Source: a bacterium
GTDB lineage: Bacteria; Actinomycetota; Acidimicrobiia; Spongiisociales; ZC4RG35
NCBI GenBank assembly: GCA_024639335.1
Contig: JAHEIN010000002.1
Location: 13,630-72,015 of the forward strand
Reading direction: 5' to 3'
DNA: 58,386 nt
A program made the position numbers and the translations under genes. Numbering within the stretch: the first letter of the stretch is position 1; every line of letters begins with the position of its first letter. Shown in pieces: positions 9,432-18,646 of the stretch. The notes under the pieces are model-generated. The model ran no database searches. It was not told the DNA's origin and was given only the letters and a program-made list of their open reading frames with translations.

Positions 9432-10568
9432 ATGGAGACCACGCCGGAACAGGAAATGTTCCGCGACGCGGTCCGGAGTTTCTGTGAACGTGAGATCACT
9501 CGCGAGTACGTGCGGGAGTGCGATTCAGAGCGTCGGGCTCCGGTCGAGCTCTACGAGAAGCTCGGCGAGACCGGTTGGCTTGGGATCAACATCGACGAGG
9601 AGTACGGCGGTGCGGGAGGCGGGGCGGTCGAAGTCGCCATCCTGCTCGAGGAACTCGGCCGGGTGTTCCTCGACCTGTCGTTCTGGGTGTTTCGTGCGGT
9701 GACCTGGGGCGGGCTCATGATCGGCACATTCGGGACCGAGGAACAGAAGCGGACCCTCCTGCCGAAAGTGGCGTCGGGGGAACTCTCGGTGTGTTTCTCG
9801 CTCACCGAGCCGGAGGCCGGATCGGACGCCGCCTCGATCTCACTGACGGCGACCGAGGATGGGGACGACTTCATCCTCAACGGTCAGAAGGTCTTCACGT
9901 CCGGCTTCAAGGTCAGTGACCTCGACGTGGTGGCGACCCGGACGGATTCGGGGGGCAAGAAGCACCACGGGATCACCAACTTCCTCGTCGACACCAAGGC
10001 CGAAGGGTTGGAGTGGCAACCGATCGAGACGCTCGGGCACTGGCCGCTGGGCACCGCCATGCTGTTCTTCGACGACGTCCGGGTGCCGAAAGCCAACATG
10101 CTCGGCCGCCTCCATGACGGATGGCGTGACCTCGGTGTCTCGCTGCGGTATGAGCGTCTGTGCCTCTCCGCCGCCAGAACCGGAGCCGCCAAGTCAGCCC
10201 TCGCCGACGCATTGCAGTACGCCCAGGAGCGTGAGCAATTCGACCAGCCGATCGCCGGGTTCCAGGCGGTGTCTCACCGGCTCGCAGAGATGCAGATGAT
10301 GACCGAGATCTCCGAAATGCTCGTGTACCGCTACGCCTCCAGGCTGGACGGCGGCGCAGCGACGACCCGAGACGCTGCGATCCTCAAGCTGTATGCCTGC
10401 GAGGCCTACAAGAGCGTCGCCGACATGGGTCTGCAGGTGCTCGGCGGCTATGGCTACACGATGGAGTACGACCTGCAGCGCCACTACCGCGAGTCGCGGT
10501 TGGGTGTCATTGGTGCAGGCACCTCCGACATCCAGCGGAACATCATCGCCAAGACAATGGGAATCTGA
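9432..10568 (+). CDS. Acyl-CoA dehydrogenase
   Basis: Contains METTPEQEMFRDAV, CFSLTEPEAGSDAAS, and the C-terminal YRESRLGVIGAGTSDIQRNIIAK. Confidence 0.92.
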   Translation: METTPEQEMFRDAVRSFCEREITREYVRECDSERRAPVELYEKLGETGWLGINIDEEYGGAGGGAVEVAILLEELGRVFLDLSFWVFRAVTWGGLMIGTFGTEEQKRTLLPKVASGELSVCFSLTEPEAGSDAASISLTATEDGDDFILNGQKVFTSGFKVSDLDVVATRTDSGGKKHHGITNFLVDTKAEGLEWQPIETLGHWPLGTAMLFFDDVRVPKANMLGRLHDGWRDLGVSLRYERLCLSAARTGAAKSALADALQYAQEREQFDQPIAGFQAVSHRLAEMQMMTEISEMLVYRYASRLDGGAATTRDAAILKLYACEAYKSVADMGLQVLGGYGYTMEYDLQRHYRESRLGVIGAGTSDIQRNIIAKTMGI

Positions 10569-11059
10569 TGAGCGAACTCATCACGGACGAGGCGCGCAGT
10601 TGGGCCGAGAGCACGTTCGAGCCGTTCCACTACGTCGTCGACCGCACGTCGATCGCCCGGTACGCCCACGCCATCTCCGAGGACGACCCAATCCACTTCG
10701 ATCCCGAGGTGGCGCGGGCCGCAGGCTTCGACGACGTCGTCGCACCACCGTTGTTCCCCTATGTGATCAGGATGCATGCGGCTCATCTCGTCCCTCGGGC
10801 GGAGCTCGAGCCGGACGGCTCATTCGCCGGAGACGTCCCTCCGGTGGAGACCACCCGGGCAATGGCCGGAGAGACCTCGATCGAGCTGGGGGCGCCGGTG
10901 GTGGCAGGCGACGAGATCGTCCTCCACAAGCGCATCGCAGACATGTACGAGAAGGTCGGTCGCAGCGGACCGATGGTGTTCGTCACCATGGAGTTCACCT
11001 TCAAGAACCAACGGGATGAGCTGGTGGCCCGAGAGCAGTTCACGAGGATCTACCGGTGA
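10568..11059 (+). CDS. MaoC-family hot-dog protein (N-terminal-type dehydratase subunit)
   Basis: 163 aa. IARYAHAISEDDPIHFDPEVARAAGFDDVVAPPLF is typical of MaoC/FAS1-like dehydratase N-domains. Its ATG overlaps the ACAD stop. Confidence 0.8.
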   Translation: MSELITDEARSWAESTFEPFHYVVDRTSIARYAHAISEDDPIHFDPEVARAAGFDDVVAPPLFPYVIRMHAAHLVPRAELEPDGSFAGDVPPVETTRAMAGETSIELGAPVVAGDEIVLHKRIADMYEKVGRSGPMVFVTMEFTFKNQRDELVAREQFTRIYR

Positions 11060-11063
11060 GAGA

Positions 11064-11090
11064 GTTCACGGTTCACAGTTCACCGTTCAC
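11064..11090. repeat. Four tandem heptamers, (GTTCACN)x4
   Basis: Read directly: GTTCACG GTTCACA GTTCACC GTTCAC. It sits in the 112-nt gap between the two hot-dog genes. Confidence 0.95.
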
Positions 11091-11171
11091 AGTCCTCAGC
11101 CTCGGCTCCGGTCGGGGCGAAACCTGCCTCACCCGCGGCGCATCTCGTCGAACACCCGGCAAGGGCCAGAC

Positions 11172-11561
11172 ATGAAGGGGGGCGACCAGGTTCCAGTGAT
11201 GGTTCGTACGCCCGACGCGATCGATCTCTTCATGTTCAGTGCGGCCTCTTGGCTGATTCACCGGATCCACTACGACCTCCCCTTCACGACCGAACACGAC
11301 GGGCACCCCGGGCTCCTCGTTCACGGCCCGTTGCAGGGGACGTACATGATCCAGAGCGTGACCCGATGGCTGGGCCGCACTGCGAGGCTCGTTGAGACCA
11401 GCTACCGGCATCTCGCGCCGGCCTATCTGGGCGACGAGCTCGAGTGTGGGGGAGAGGTCACGGAGATCGACGATGGCCGGGCGAGTTTCGAGCTCTGGGT
11501 CAGGAAGGCGGACGGCACGGTGACAACCAAGGGAATTGCGACATTCGAGGTGAGTGAATGA
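11172..11561 (+). CDS. MaoC-like hot-dog dehydratase subunit
   Basis: 129 aa from MKGGDQVPV, with HYDLPFTTEHDGHPGLLVHGPLQG (hydratase-motif region). ATGA overlap with the next gene. Confidence 0.8.
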   Translation: MKGGDQVPVMVRTPDAIDLFMFSAASWLIHRIHYDLPFTTEHDGHPGLLVHGPLQGTYMIQSVTRWLGRTARLVETSYRHLAPAYLGDELECGGEVTEIDDGRASFELWVRKADGTVTTKGIATFEVSE

Positions 11562-13225
11562 AGACCGGTGCAGTCGTTCTGGCCGAGATGCTCGAAGCCT
11601 ATGAAGTCAGTCACGTGTTCCACGTGCCGGCAGTCCTGCGGAGGACCATGGTCGAGATCGAAGCGCTCACGGGCATCAAGCGGATCCGGCCGCACGGCGA
11701 GAAGCCTGCGGCCTACATGGCAGACGGCTACGCCCGGGCCAGCGGCAAGCCCGGCGTGTGCATGGCGCAGGTGATCGGAGCCCTCAACCTCGCCGCCGGG
11801 CTCCGCGATGCCCATCTGGCTCATTCGCCCGTGATCGCGATGACCGGTGGCCGTGACCCGTCGACGAAGTTCCGCAAGGTCTACCAGGAAGTCGACGATG
11901 TGCCTGCATTCGAGCCCGTCACGAAGTTCAACGCCACGATCGATTCGGTCGAGCGCTTCCCCGACATGCTGCGACAGGCATTCCGCGTCGCCACCACGGG
12001 TTCGCCCGGGCCGGTGCACCTCCAGTTCCGAGGGAACGAAGGTCAGATCGACCTCGAGTCCGCCGAGATGGACCAGTCGACGGAACCCGCCTTTGTGGCG
12101 GTCCCACCGTTCCGGACGCGGCCCGACGACGCCACGTTGCTCGGGGCCCTCGGTCACATCGCCGGCGCCGAACGACCGGTCCTCGTTGCCGGGGGTGGGG
12201 TCCGCGCCTCGTGTGCGGGGCCGGCCCTGGTGGCGTTCGCAGAGCGGTGGCAGATCCCGGTAGCGACCTCGCTCAACGGCAAGGATTCGATACCAGGGGT
12301 GCATCCCCTGAGCCTCGGCGTGGTCGGCACCTATTCGCGGGCGTCTGCCAATCGGATCGTTTCCGAAGCCGACCTCGTGATCTATGTCGGGAGCGAGACG
12401 GGCGGGATGACCACGCACTTCTGGCAGGTCCCGGCGTTCGGCTCGAACACGATCCAGATCGACATCGATCCCGAGTCGATCGGCCGCAACTACTCCCCGG
12501 TGGTGGGGATCAATGCCGACGCCCGCGAGACGTTGACCCGGATGCTCGAGCTCACCGAAGGCCCTCCGGACCACGCCGTCTGGGCCGACCGGGCGCGGTC
12601 GGCGGTTGCCGAGTGGTACGACGAGTACGCCGGTCTGATGGGATCGGACGCCGAACCGATCCGACCGGAGCGGATGTGTGCCGATCTGAGCGATGTCGTC
12701 CCCGACGACGGCATCGTGGTGGTCGACACCGGCCACGCCGGTATGTGGATGGGCGGGTTCTACGACCTACGAACTCCACAACAGAGCTACATGCGAAGTG
12801 CCGGGCATCTCGGATGGGCGTTCCCCGCCTCGCTCGGCGCCAAGTGCGGCGCTCCCGACCGGCCAGTCGTGTGTTTCACCGGCGACTCGGGCTTCTGGTA
12901 CCACGTCGGTGACATCGAGACCGCGGTCCGCTTCGGGATCAACACGGTGACGGTCGTCAACAACAACCGGTCGGGCAACCAGTCCATGCGTGGCTTCGAT
13001 CGGGCGTACGGCGGCAAACAGACCGAGCAGGCTCGCGAGTTGTGGGTGTTCACCGATGTGGATTTCACGAAGGTCGCCGAAGACATGGGCGCCATGGGCA
13101 TCCGGGTGGAGAAACCCTCGGACTTCAAACCGGCCATGGAGCGAGCGCTGGAGGCGGATCGCCCCGTGATCGTCGACGTGGTCACCGACATCGAAGCCGT
13201 GGCCCCCGGTGCCTGGACGCCCTGA
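11558..13225 (+). CDS. Thiamine-pyrophosphate-dependent enzyme (acetolactate-synthase-like family)
   Basis: 555 aa with an N-terminal TPP pyrimidine-binding domain and a C-terminal GDSGFWYH...VTVVNNN (GDG...NN TPP motif). Confidence 0.9.
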   Translation: MKTGAVVLAEMLEAYEVSHVFHVPAVLRRTMVEIEALTGIKRIRPHGEKPAAYMADGYARASGKPGVCMAQVIGALNLAAGLRDAHLAHSPVIAMTGGRDPSTKFRKVYQEVDDVPAFEPVTKFNATIDSVERFPDMLRQAFRVATTGSPGPVHLQFRGNEGQIDLESAEMDQSTEPAFVAVPPFRTRPDDATLLGALGHIAGAERPVLVAGGGVRASCAGPALVAFAERWQIPVATSLNGKDSIPGVHPLSLGVVGTYSRASANRIVSEADLVIYVGSETGGMTTHFWQVPAFGSNTIQIDIDPESIGRNYSPVVGINADARETLTRMLELTEGPPDHAVWADRARSAVAEWYDEYAGLMGSDAEPIRPERMCADLSDVVPDDGIVVVDTGHAGMWMGGFYDLRTPQQSYMRSAGHLGWAFPASLGAKCGAPDRPVVCFTGDSGFWYHVGDIETAVRFGINTVTVVNNNRSGNQSMRGFDRAYGGKQTEQARELWVFTDVDFTKVAEDMGAMGIRVEKPSDFKPAMERALEADRPVIVDVVTDIEAVAPGAWTP

Positions 13226-13228
13226 CCG

Positions 13229-13996
13229 ATGTCGCGGATGCCCCGGTTCCCGTTCGATTCGATCGATGTCGACGATGCGGCCAGAGAGGCGCTGGTTCCG
13301 ACCGGTCGACTTCGGGCCGGCATCAATCTCAACAACCCGTTGTTGGTGACCGGACGCGACGACGCCGGTGACCCGACAGGGGTGTCGCCCTCGATGGCGG
13401 CTGCATTGGCGGACGTTCTCGGCGTCGACCTCGAACTCGTCGGCTTCGATCGACCCGGCCCGTTGGCCGATGCGGCGACGCGGGACGCCTGGGACATCGG
13501 GAACATCGGTGACGACCCGGCCCGCGGTGAGCACATCCGTTTCAGCCGGCCCTACTGCGAGATCGAAGCCACCTACCTGGTCCGGTCCGACTCGGGCATC
13601 GAGACGGTCGACGAGCTCGATCAGCCCGGCCGATCGATTGTGACGAACGCCCGAGCGGCGTACTGCCTGTGGCTCGAGCGCAACCTGAGTCACGCCGTGC
13701 TCACGCAGTCGAGCGGGCACGACGAGAGCGCTGCATGGTTCGTCGAGCAGAGCCACGATGCGATCGGCGGTCTCCGTCCCCGGTTGGTACGCGACGCCGA
13801 ACGCATCCCCGGCACGATGGTTCTCCCCGGATCGTTCACGACCATCACCCAGGCCATGGGGACGCCGCGGTCGCGGCCGGATGCCGGGTTGGCTCTTCTC
13901 GATCGGTTCGTCGCCGTGGCCATCGAGACCCGGTTCGTCGCCGACGTCATCGACCATCACGGCGCGGCCGGACTCTCGGTGCCGGCCTCGGAATGA
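13229..13996 (+). CDS. Family-3 solute-binding-protein-like protein with no signal peptide
   Basis: 255 aa with SBP_bac_3-like stretches (RAGINLNNPLL, SPSMAAALADVLGVDLELV). The N-terminus is hydrophilic. Confidence 0.65.
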   Translation: MSRMPRFPFDSIDVDDAAREALVPTGRLRAGINLNNPLLVTGRDDAGDPTGVSPSMAAALADVLGVDLELVGFDRPGPLADAATRDAWDIGNIGDDPARGEHIRFSRPYCEIEATYLVRSDSGIETVDELDQPGRSIVTNARAAYCLWLERNLSHAVLTQSSGHDESAAWFVEQSHDAIGGLRPRLVRDAERIPGTMVLPGSFTTITQAMGTPRSRPDAGLALLDRFVAVAIETRFVADVIDHHGAAGLSVPASE

Positions 13997-14013
13997 CTCG
14001 TGTGCCCGATCGT

Positions 14014-14271
14014 TCAGTCGGACTGCTCTCGTCTGAGTTTCCGGACCTGTTTGACGATGCGCGGATCGGTGGGCCGGGTGATCCGGACCTCGCCGTCCCA
14101 CTCCTCGTGATCGGTCCGTCCGAAGACCGTGCGGTTCTCCGCATCGACCTGGAGGATCGTCTCGGTCGAGCCGTCCGGTCTCCGACCGGCGGCGAGTCTG
14201 AGGAGCGTTGCGATGATCAGCGTGCCCAGGACGAGGATCGCGCCCGTCACTATCCAGAGGGTGATACTCAT
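14014..14271 (-). CDS. Small hypothetical membrane protein (single TM)
   Basis: 85 aa from MSITLWIVTGAILVLGTLIIATLL. The ATG lies 7 nt downstream of a minus-strand TAGGAT hexamer, so the mRNA may be leaderless. Confidence 0.45.
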   Translation of the reverse strand: MSITLWIVTGAILVLGTLIIATLLRLAAGRRPDGSTETILQVDAENRTVFGRTDHEEWDGEVRITRPTDPRIVKQVRKLRREQSD

Positions 14272-14276
14272 GCTGT

Positions 14277-14290
14277 CGATCCTAGGATCG
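14277..14290. promoter_or_regulatory. Perfect 14-bp palindrome CGATCCTAGGATCG carrying a TAGGAT (-10-like, TANNNT) hexamer on each strand
   Basis: Read directly. Located in the divergent intergenic region between 14271 (-) and 14445 (+). Confidence 0.3.
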
Positions 14291-14444
14291 CACCAAGTCG
14301 CTCGCCAGGTGGACGTGACCTGGCCTTCTCCGCAGAAGGGCTGCGCCCGGCGTGGGCCGATCGGCAGCGTGACGAGATCGGTACGCATCGGGAGTCGACC
14401 GCCTACCCCCCGCCTGAACCGCACCCAGCCTCCGTCTTCCGAAG

Positions 14445-15422
14445 ATGATCGATCGTGCGTCAGAGCCAGTAGTCGTGGTTCCGGAGTTTCTCGCCGACCC
14501 CCACGTTGCGGCGCTCCGGCGTCGGGTGGATGTCGTCTACGATCCCGATCTCCACTCCGATCTCGGTGGGCTCTTCGATGCGATCGCCGAGGCATCGGCG
14601 GTGGTGATCAGGAACCGCACGCAGGTGAACGCGGGCTTCCTCGCGGCTGCGCCGAAGTTGGTAGCGGTCGGCCGCCTGGGGGTGGGGCTCGACAACGTCG
14701 ATCTGAACGCGATTGCGAAGGCGAACGTCGAGGTATTCGTTGCTCGAAACGCCAACACGGTGCCCGTCGCCGAATATGTGATCGGAGCCGTCTTCGCGCT
14801 CACGCGGAGGGTCTTCTCGATGAAGGATGCGTTGCTTGCCGGGTCGTGGCCACGCCAGGGGAGCGCCTTCGGCCAGGAGATGGACGGGAAGACGCTCGGG
14901 CTGATCGGGTTCGGCGCGATCGGTCGGGCGGTCGCGGGGCGCGCACAGGGACTGGGGATGCACATCGTCGCAAACGACCCGATCCTGGACGCGGGCGATC
15001 CCGCGTGGGAGTCCGTCGATCGTGCCGATTTCGCCTCGGTCCTCGAACGGAGCGACGTCGTCAGCCTGCACGTACCCCTCGGTCCGTCGACGCGTCACCT
15101 GATGGACGCCGATGCGTTCGACAGGATGAGGCAGGGTGCATTCCTCATAAACACCGCTCGCGGCGCGGTGGTCGATGATCATGCGCTGGTGGCGGCACTC
15201 CGAAGTGGGAAGCTGGCGGGCGCCGCGCTCGACGTCTTCGCAGAGGAGCCTCTCGATCCGGGTCTCCGTGAGCTGTTCAGCGGGATCGACAACCTGATCA
15301 TCACGCCCCACATCGCAGGGAACACCGTCGAGTCGGCTGAGCGTGTCGCGATGACCACGATCGATGCGGTCCTCGACCGCTTGTCACGGCCTGACGGAGA
15401 GCCTCCATCACCAGATCTCTGA
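14445..15422 (+). CDS. D-isomer-specific 2-hydroxyacid dehydrogenase (PGDH-like)
   Basis: 325 aa with NAD motif LGLIGFGAIGRAVA and the catalytic-region strings NTARGAVVDDHAL and TPHIAG. Confidence 0.9.
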   Translation: MIDRASEPVVVVPEFLADPHVAALRRRVDVVYDPDLHSDLGGLFDAIAEASAVVIRNRTQVNAGFLAAAPKLVAVGRLGVGLDNVDLNAIAKANVEVFVARNANTVPVAEYVIGAVFALTRRVFSMKDALLAGSWPRQGSAFGQEMDGKTLGLIGFGAIGRAVAGRAQGLGMHIVANDPILDAGDPAWESVDRADFASVLERSDVVSLHVPLGPSTRHLMDADAFDRMRQGAFLINTARGAVVDDHALVAALRSGKLAGAALDVFAEEPLDPGLRELFSGIDNLIITPHIAGNTVESAERVAMTTIDAVLDRLSRPDGEPPSPDL

Positions 15423-15534
15423 GGGCCGCTCCCGCATTGCGATGAGGCCGGACCGACGTGACGCTCTATAGGATGCAGCTGATGGGGTCGAGCCGGTGGA
15501 CACCGCTGTCGACCTTCAGGGATCGGAGACCGCC

Positions 15535-16527
15535 ATGCCCATCATCGACATGCACGCCCATGTGACGCCGGAGCGATACAAGCTTGCGATCGCACAACAG
15601 GGCGAGTGGTTTGGCCTCGATGCCCATGCCGGCGAGCTGGACCGTGGTGGATTCGCCGAGCCGGTCGATGTGCGGCTCGAGAGGATGGACGGCTTCGGCG
15701 TCGATGTGCAGCTCATCACGCCGACGGTCGGGTTCTATCAGTACGACAACGATCTCGAAGTGACCAAGCGCATCCACCGCGAATGCAACGCCGAGATCCA
15801 CGAGATGATGACCGCTCACCCCGACCGGTTCCTCGGGATGGGCATGCTCCCGATGCAGGATCCGCCGACGGCGATTGCAGAACTCGAGCGACTGATGGGA
15901 CTCGGATTCAAGGGCGCCGTGATCAACGATCACGTCGCCGGTCTCACATACGACGATCGCCGCTTCCGGACGTTCTTTCGCGCCGCCGAAGAGATGGAGG
16001 CGCTGCTGTTCTTCCATCAAGGCGGCCCGACCGTGACCACCGGGCGCATCCGCAAATATGGCCTCGCCAACGCTGTCGGCAACCTCACCGAGCGGACCCT
16101 GGTGTTCGGCGCCCTCGTCTTCGGAGGGGTGCTCGACGAGTTCCCCGATCTTCGGATGCTGCTCGGCCACGGAGGTGGATACGTTCCCTACGGTGTGGCG
16201 AGGATGGACAAGGTGGCGGGGGCGCTTGCAGGCGATTTCGATGGTGAGATGCGGCCACCCTTCGGATCGCGCGATCAGTTCTCCAACGACAAACCGCCGA
16301 GCGAGTATCTCCAGCGGTTCGCCTACGACTGCTGCACATACAGCGGGCCGGTCCTCAGGTTCCTCGTCGACACCGTCGGTATCGAGAACGTGGTGCTGGG
16401 CACCGACTATCCGGCGCCGATGTTCCTCCATGATCCGGTGCGGTGGGTGAGGGGTCTTCGTGAGCTGGCACCGGATGAGCACGAATCGATCCTCGTCGAC
16501 AATCCCTCCCGCATCCTCGGGCTCTGA
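15535..16527 (+). CDS. Amidohydrolase-2 family protein (ACMSD-like metal-dependent hydrolase/decarboxylase)
   Basis: MPIIDMHAHV start preceded by GGAGAC. Later GHGGGYVPY and GTDYP motifs. The longer ORF begins at 15496. Confidence 0.85.
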   Translation: MPIIDMHAHVTPERYKLAIAQQGEWFGLDAHAGELDRGGFAEPVDVRLERMDGFGVDVQLITPTVGFYQYDNDLEVTKRIHRECNAEIHEMMTAHPDRFLGMGMLPMQDPPTAIAELERLMGLGFKGAVINDHVAGLTYDDRRFRTFFRAAEEMEALLFFHQGGPTVTTGRIRKYGLANAVGNLTERTLVFGALVFGGVLDEFPDLRMLLGHGGGYVPYGVARMDKVAGALAGDFDGEMRPPFGSRDQFSNDKPPSEYLQRFAYDCCTYSGPVLRFLVDTVGIENVVLGTDYPAPMFLHDPVRWVRGLRELAPDEHESILVDNPSRILGL

Positions 16528-17543
16528 TGCGGTCTGGAGGCGTGCTCGGCTGGGGTGTTGTCGGGATCGGCGGATTCCTCCAGGACACGATCGCACCGGC
16601 AATACATGCAGATCCGCGCTCCGAACTCGTGGCGGCGGTGAGCCGCGACGCCGGACGAGTAGCCAGGTTCGGTGATCGTTTCGACGTACCGCATCGCTTC
16701 ACCAGCTACGACGCGATGTTGGCGGATACGCGGGTCGATGCCGTCTACATCGCCACCCCCAACTCTCTGCATGCGGATCAGGTGGTGGCGGCAGCGGGCG
16801 CAGGCAAGCACGTGTTCTGCGAGAAGCCACTCGCCACCAACGTGGCGGACGCCAGACGAGCGGTCGATGCGTGTGCGGCGGCCGGGGTGTTCCTCGGCAT
16901 CGACTTTCACAACCGTTTCCTGCCATGGGTGCACGATGTGACGGCGATGGTCGGTGCCGGCCAGATCGGTGAAATCACCACGGTCGAGGTGGACGTCGGC
17001 TCAGGGACCCGTCACTACGACAACTGGCGAGCGGACCCGGAGTTGTCCGGGCTCGGTTCGGTGCACAACGTCGGAACGCACGTGCTCGACGCGTTACGGG
17101 TGATCCTCGATTCCGAGCCGATCGAGGTGACGGCGATGTTCGACATGGCGCCAGGTGGTGGCCAGGTCGAGTTGCTGGCGATGATTCTGATGAGGTTCGC
17201 CAACGGTGCGCTCGTGTTCTGCAACTGCAACGAGACCGTGCCGAACCCCACGAATCGGATCGCGATCCACGGGACGTCGGGTCGGATCGTCGGGACGGGC
17301 TTGGTGCGGTCGAGGATCGACGGCGACCTGACGGTGGTCACGCCAGACGGGGAGAGCAAGAGGCACTATCCGGCGCCGCAAGCACACCGGCTGTGTCTAT
17401 CGGCATTCACCGAGTCGATCCTCGCTGGCCGGCAGCCGACACCGTCGGGACATGACGGGCTTCGTTCTGCGCAGGTCTGTGCGGCGATCGAACGAGCCGC
17501 CCGGGAGCGGCGGATCGTGACTGTCGAAGGCGCGGTTGCGTGA
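16527..17543 (+). CDS. Gfo/Idh/MocA family oxidoreductase
   Basis: 338 aa with WGVVGIGGF and HVFCEKPLA (EKP motif). Confidence 0.85.
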   Translation: MRSGGVLGWGVVGIGGFLQDTIAPAIHADPRSELVAAVSRDAGRVARFGDRFDVPHRFTSYDAMLADTRVDAVYIATPNSLHADQVVAAAGAGKHVFCEKPLATNVADARRAVDACAAAGVFLGIDFHNRFLPWVHDVTAMVGAGQIGEITTVEVDVGSGTRHYDNWRADPELSGLGSVHNVGTHVLDALRVILDSEPIEVTAMFDMAPGGGQVELLAMILMRFANGALVFCNCNETVPNPTNRIAIHGTSGRIVGTGLVRSRIDGDLTVVTPDGESKRHYPAPQAHRLCLSAFTESILAGRQPTPSGHDGLRSAQVCAAIERAARERRIVTVEGAVA

Positions 17544-18622
17544 TCGACGGGGAACCCCCTGAGTTTGCGACGATCGGACAGATCATCGAGCGTGCCCGAG
17601 AGATCCTCGAACCCGGACCGCACGCCTGGGCTGCGGCCGGCGCGGGAGAAGAGGTCACCCTGGCTCGGAACCGGCTTGCGCTCAACCGGTTGGCGCTCGT
17701 CCCGCGGGTCGGTCGGGACGTCTCAGAGGTCGATGTATCCACATCTGTAGTGGGTGTGCCGATGGCGATGCCGGTGTTCCTGGCGCCGGTCGGCGCGCTC
17801 GGCCTCTTCGACGAGGGCGATTCACTCACCGCCGCCAGAGCCGCCACGGATCGCTCCACTTCTGCGATGACGTCGATCCTCACGACGGCGCGCTGGGGCG
17901 ACGTGGCCGCCACCGCTCCCGAGCGGCATTTCTTCCAGATCTATGTGCTCGGCGACCGGGCGTGGCTGTCCGACCTGGTGCTCGAGGTCGACTCCTACGG
18001 ATTCGGAGGTCTGTGCGTCACCATGGACTGTTCGATGATCGGTCGTCGGGATCGAAGCCTCGTCGACGGCTACATCTGGCGGACCGGTGAGACGGTGGGT
18101 CTCGCCGGGCGAGGATGGGACAACTCGTGGCGGGCGCGCTTCACCTGGGACGATCTCAGTTGGCTGTGCGACCAGACTGCGACGCCGGTGATTGCCAAAG
18201 GGATCATGACGGCCGAGGATGCGGCGTTGGCTGTCGATTGCGGGGTCGAGGCCATCTACGTATCGAACCACGGCGGCCGGATGGTCGACCACTCCGTGAG
18301 CACGATCGAGGTCCTCGAGGAGATCGTCGCCGCCGTCGATCCCCGGATCGACGTGGTCATCGACAGCGGGTTCACCCGTGGAGCCGAGGTGTGCGCCGCA
18401 CTGGCGCTCGGGGCGAAGGCCGTAGGGATCGGGCGGCTTCAGTGTTGGGCTCTCGCTGCCGGAGGTCGGCGAGGTCTGGCTCGGACGCTCGCGATGATCG
18501 AGGATGAGATCACCCGGACGATGGCGAACATCGGCTGCGCATCACTTGCCGACCTCACCCCCGACCACGTTCGATGGTCGGCATCGACGCTGGGTTGGGA
18601 GACGGAGCGGGATCGGCCCTGA
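17540..18622 (+). CDS. FMN-dependent alpha-hydroxy-acid dehydrogenase/oxidase
   Basis: 360 aa with YVSNHGGRMVDH (SNHGGRQLD signature). GTGA overlap with the upstream stop. Confidence 0.9.
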   Translation: MIDGEPPEFATIGQIIERAREILEPGPHAWAAAGAGEEVTLARNRLALNRLALVPRVGRDVSEVDVSTSVVGVPMAMPVFLAPVGALGLFDEGDSLTAARAATDRSTSAMTSILTTARWGDVAATAPERHFFQIYVLGDRAWLSDLVLEVDSYGFGGLCVTMDCSMIGRRDRSLVDGYIWRTGETVGLAGRGWDNSWRARFTWDDLSWLCDQTATPVIAKGIMTAEDAALAVDCGVEAIYVSNHGGRMVDHSVSTIEVLEEIVAAVDPRIDVVIDSGFTRGAEVCAALALGAKAVGIGRLQCWALAAGGRRGLARTLAMIEDEITRTMANIGCASLADLTPDHVRWSASTLGWETERDRP

Positions 18623-18646
18623 TTCGATCAGCCGGGTCCTCCCGTT

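Noticed and set aside
11064-11090. Heptamer array as a CRISPR or other spacer-containing repeat
   Set aside because: The units are directly adjacent 7-mers with no spacers. There are only four copies and no cas genes.
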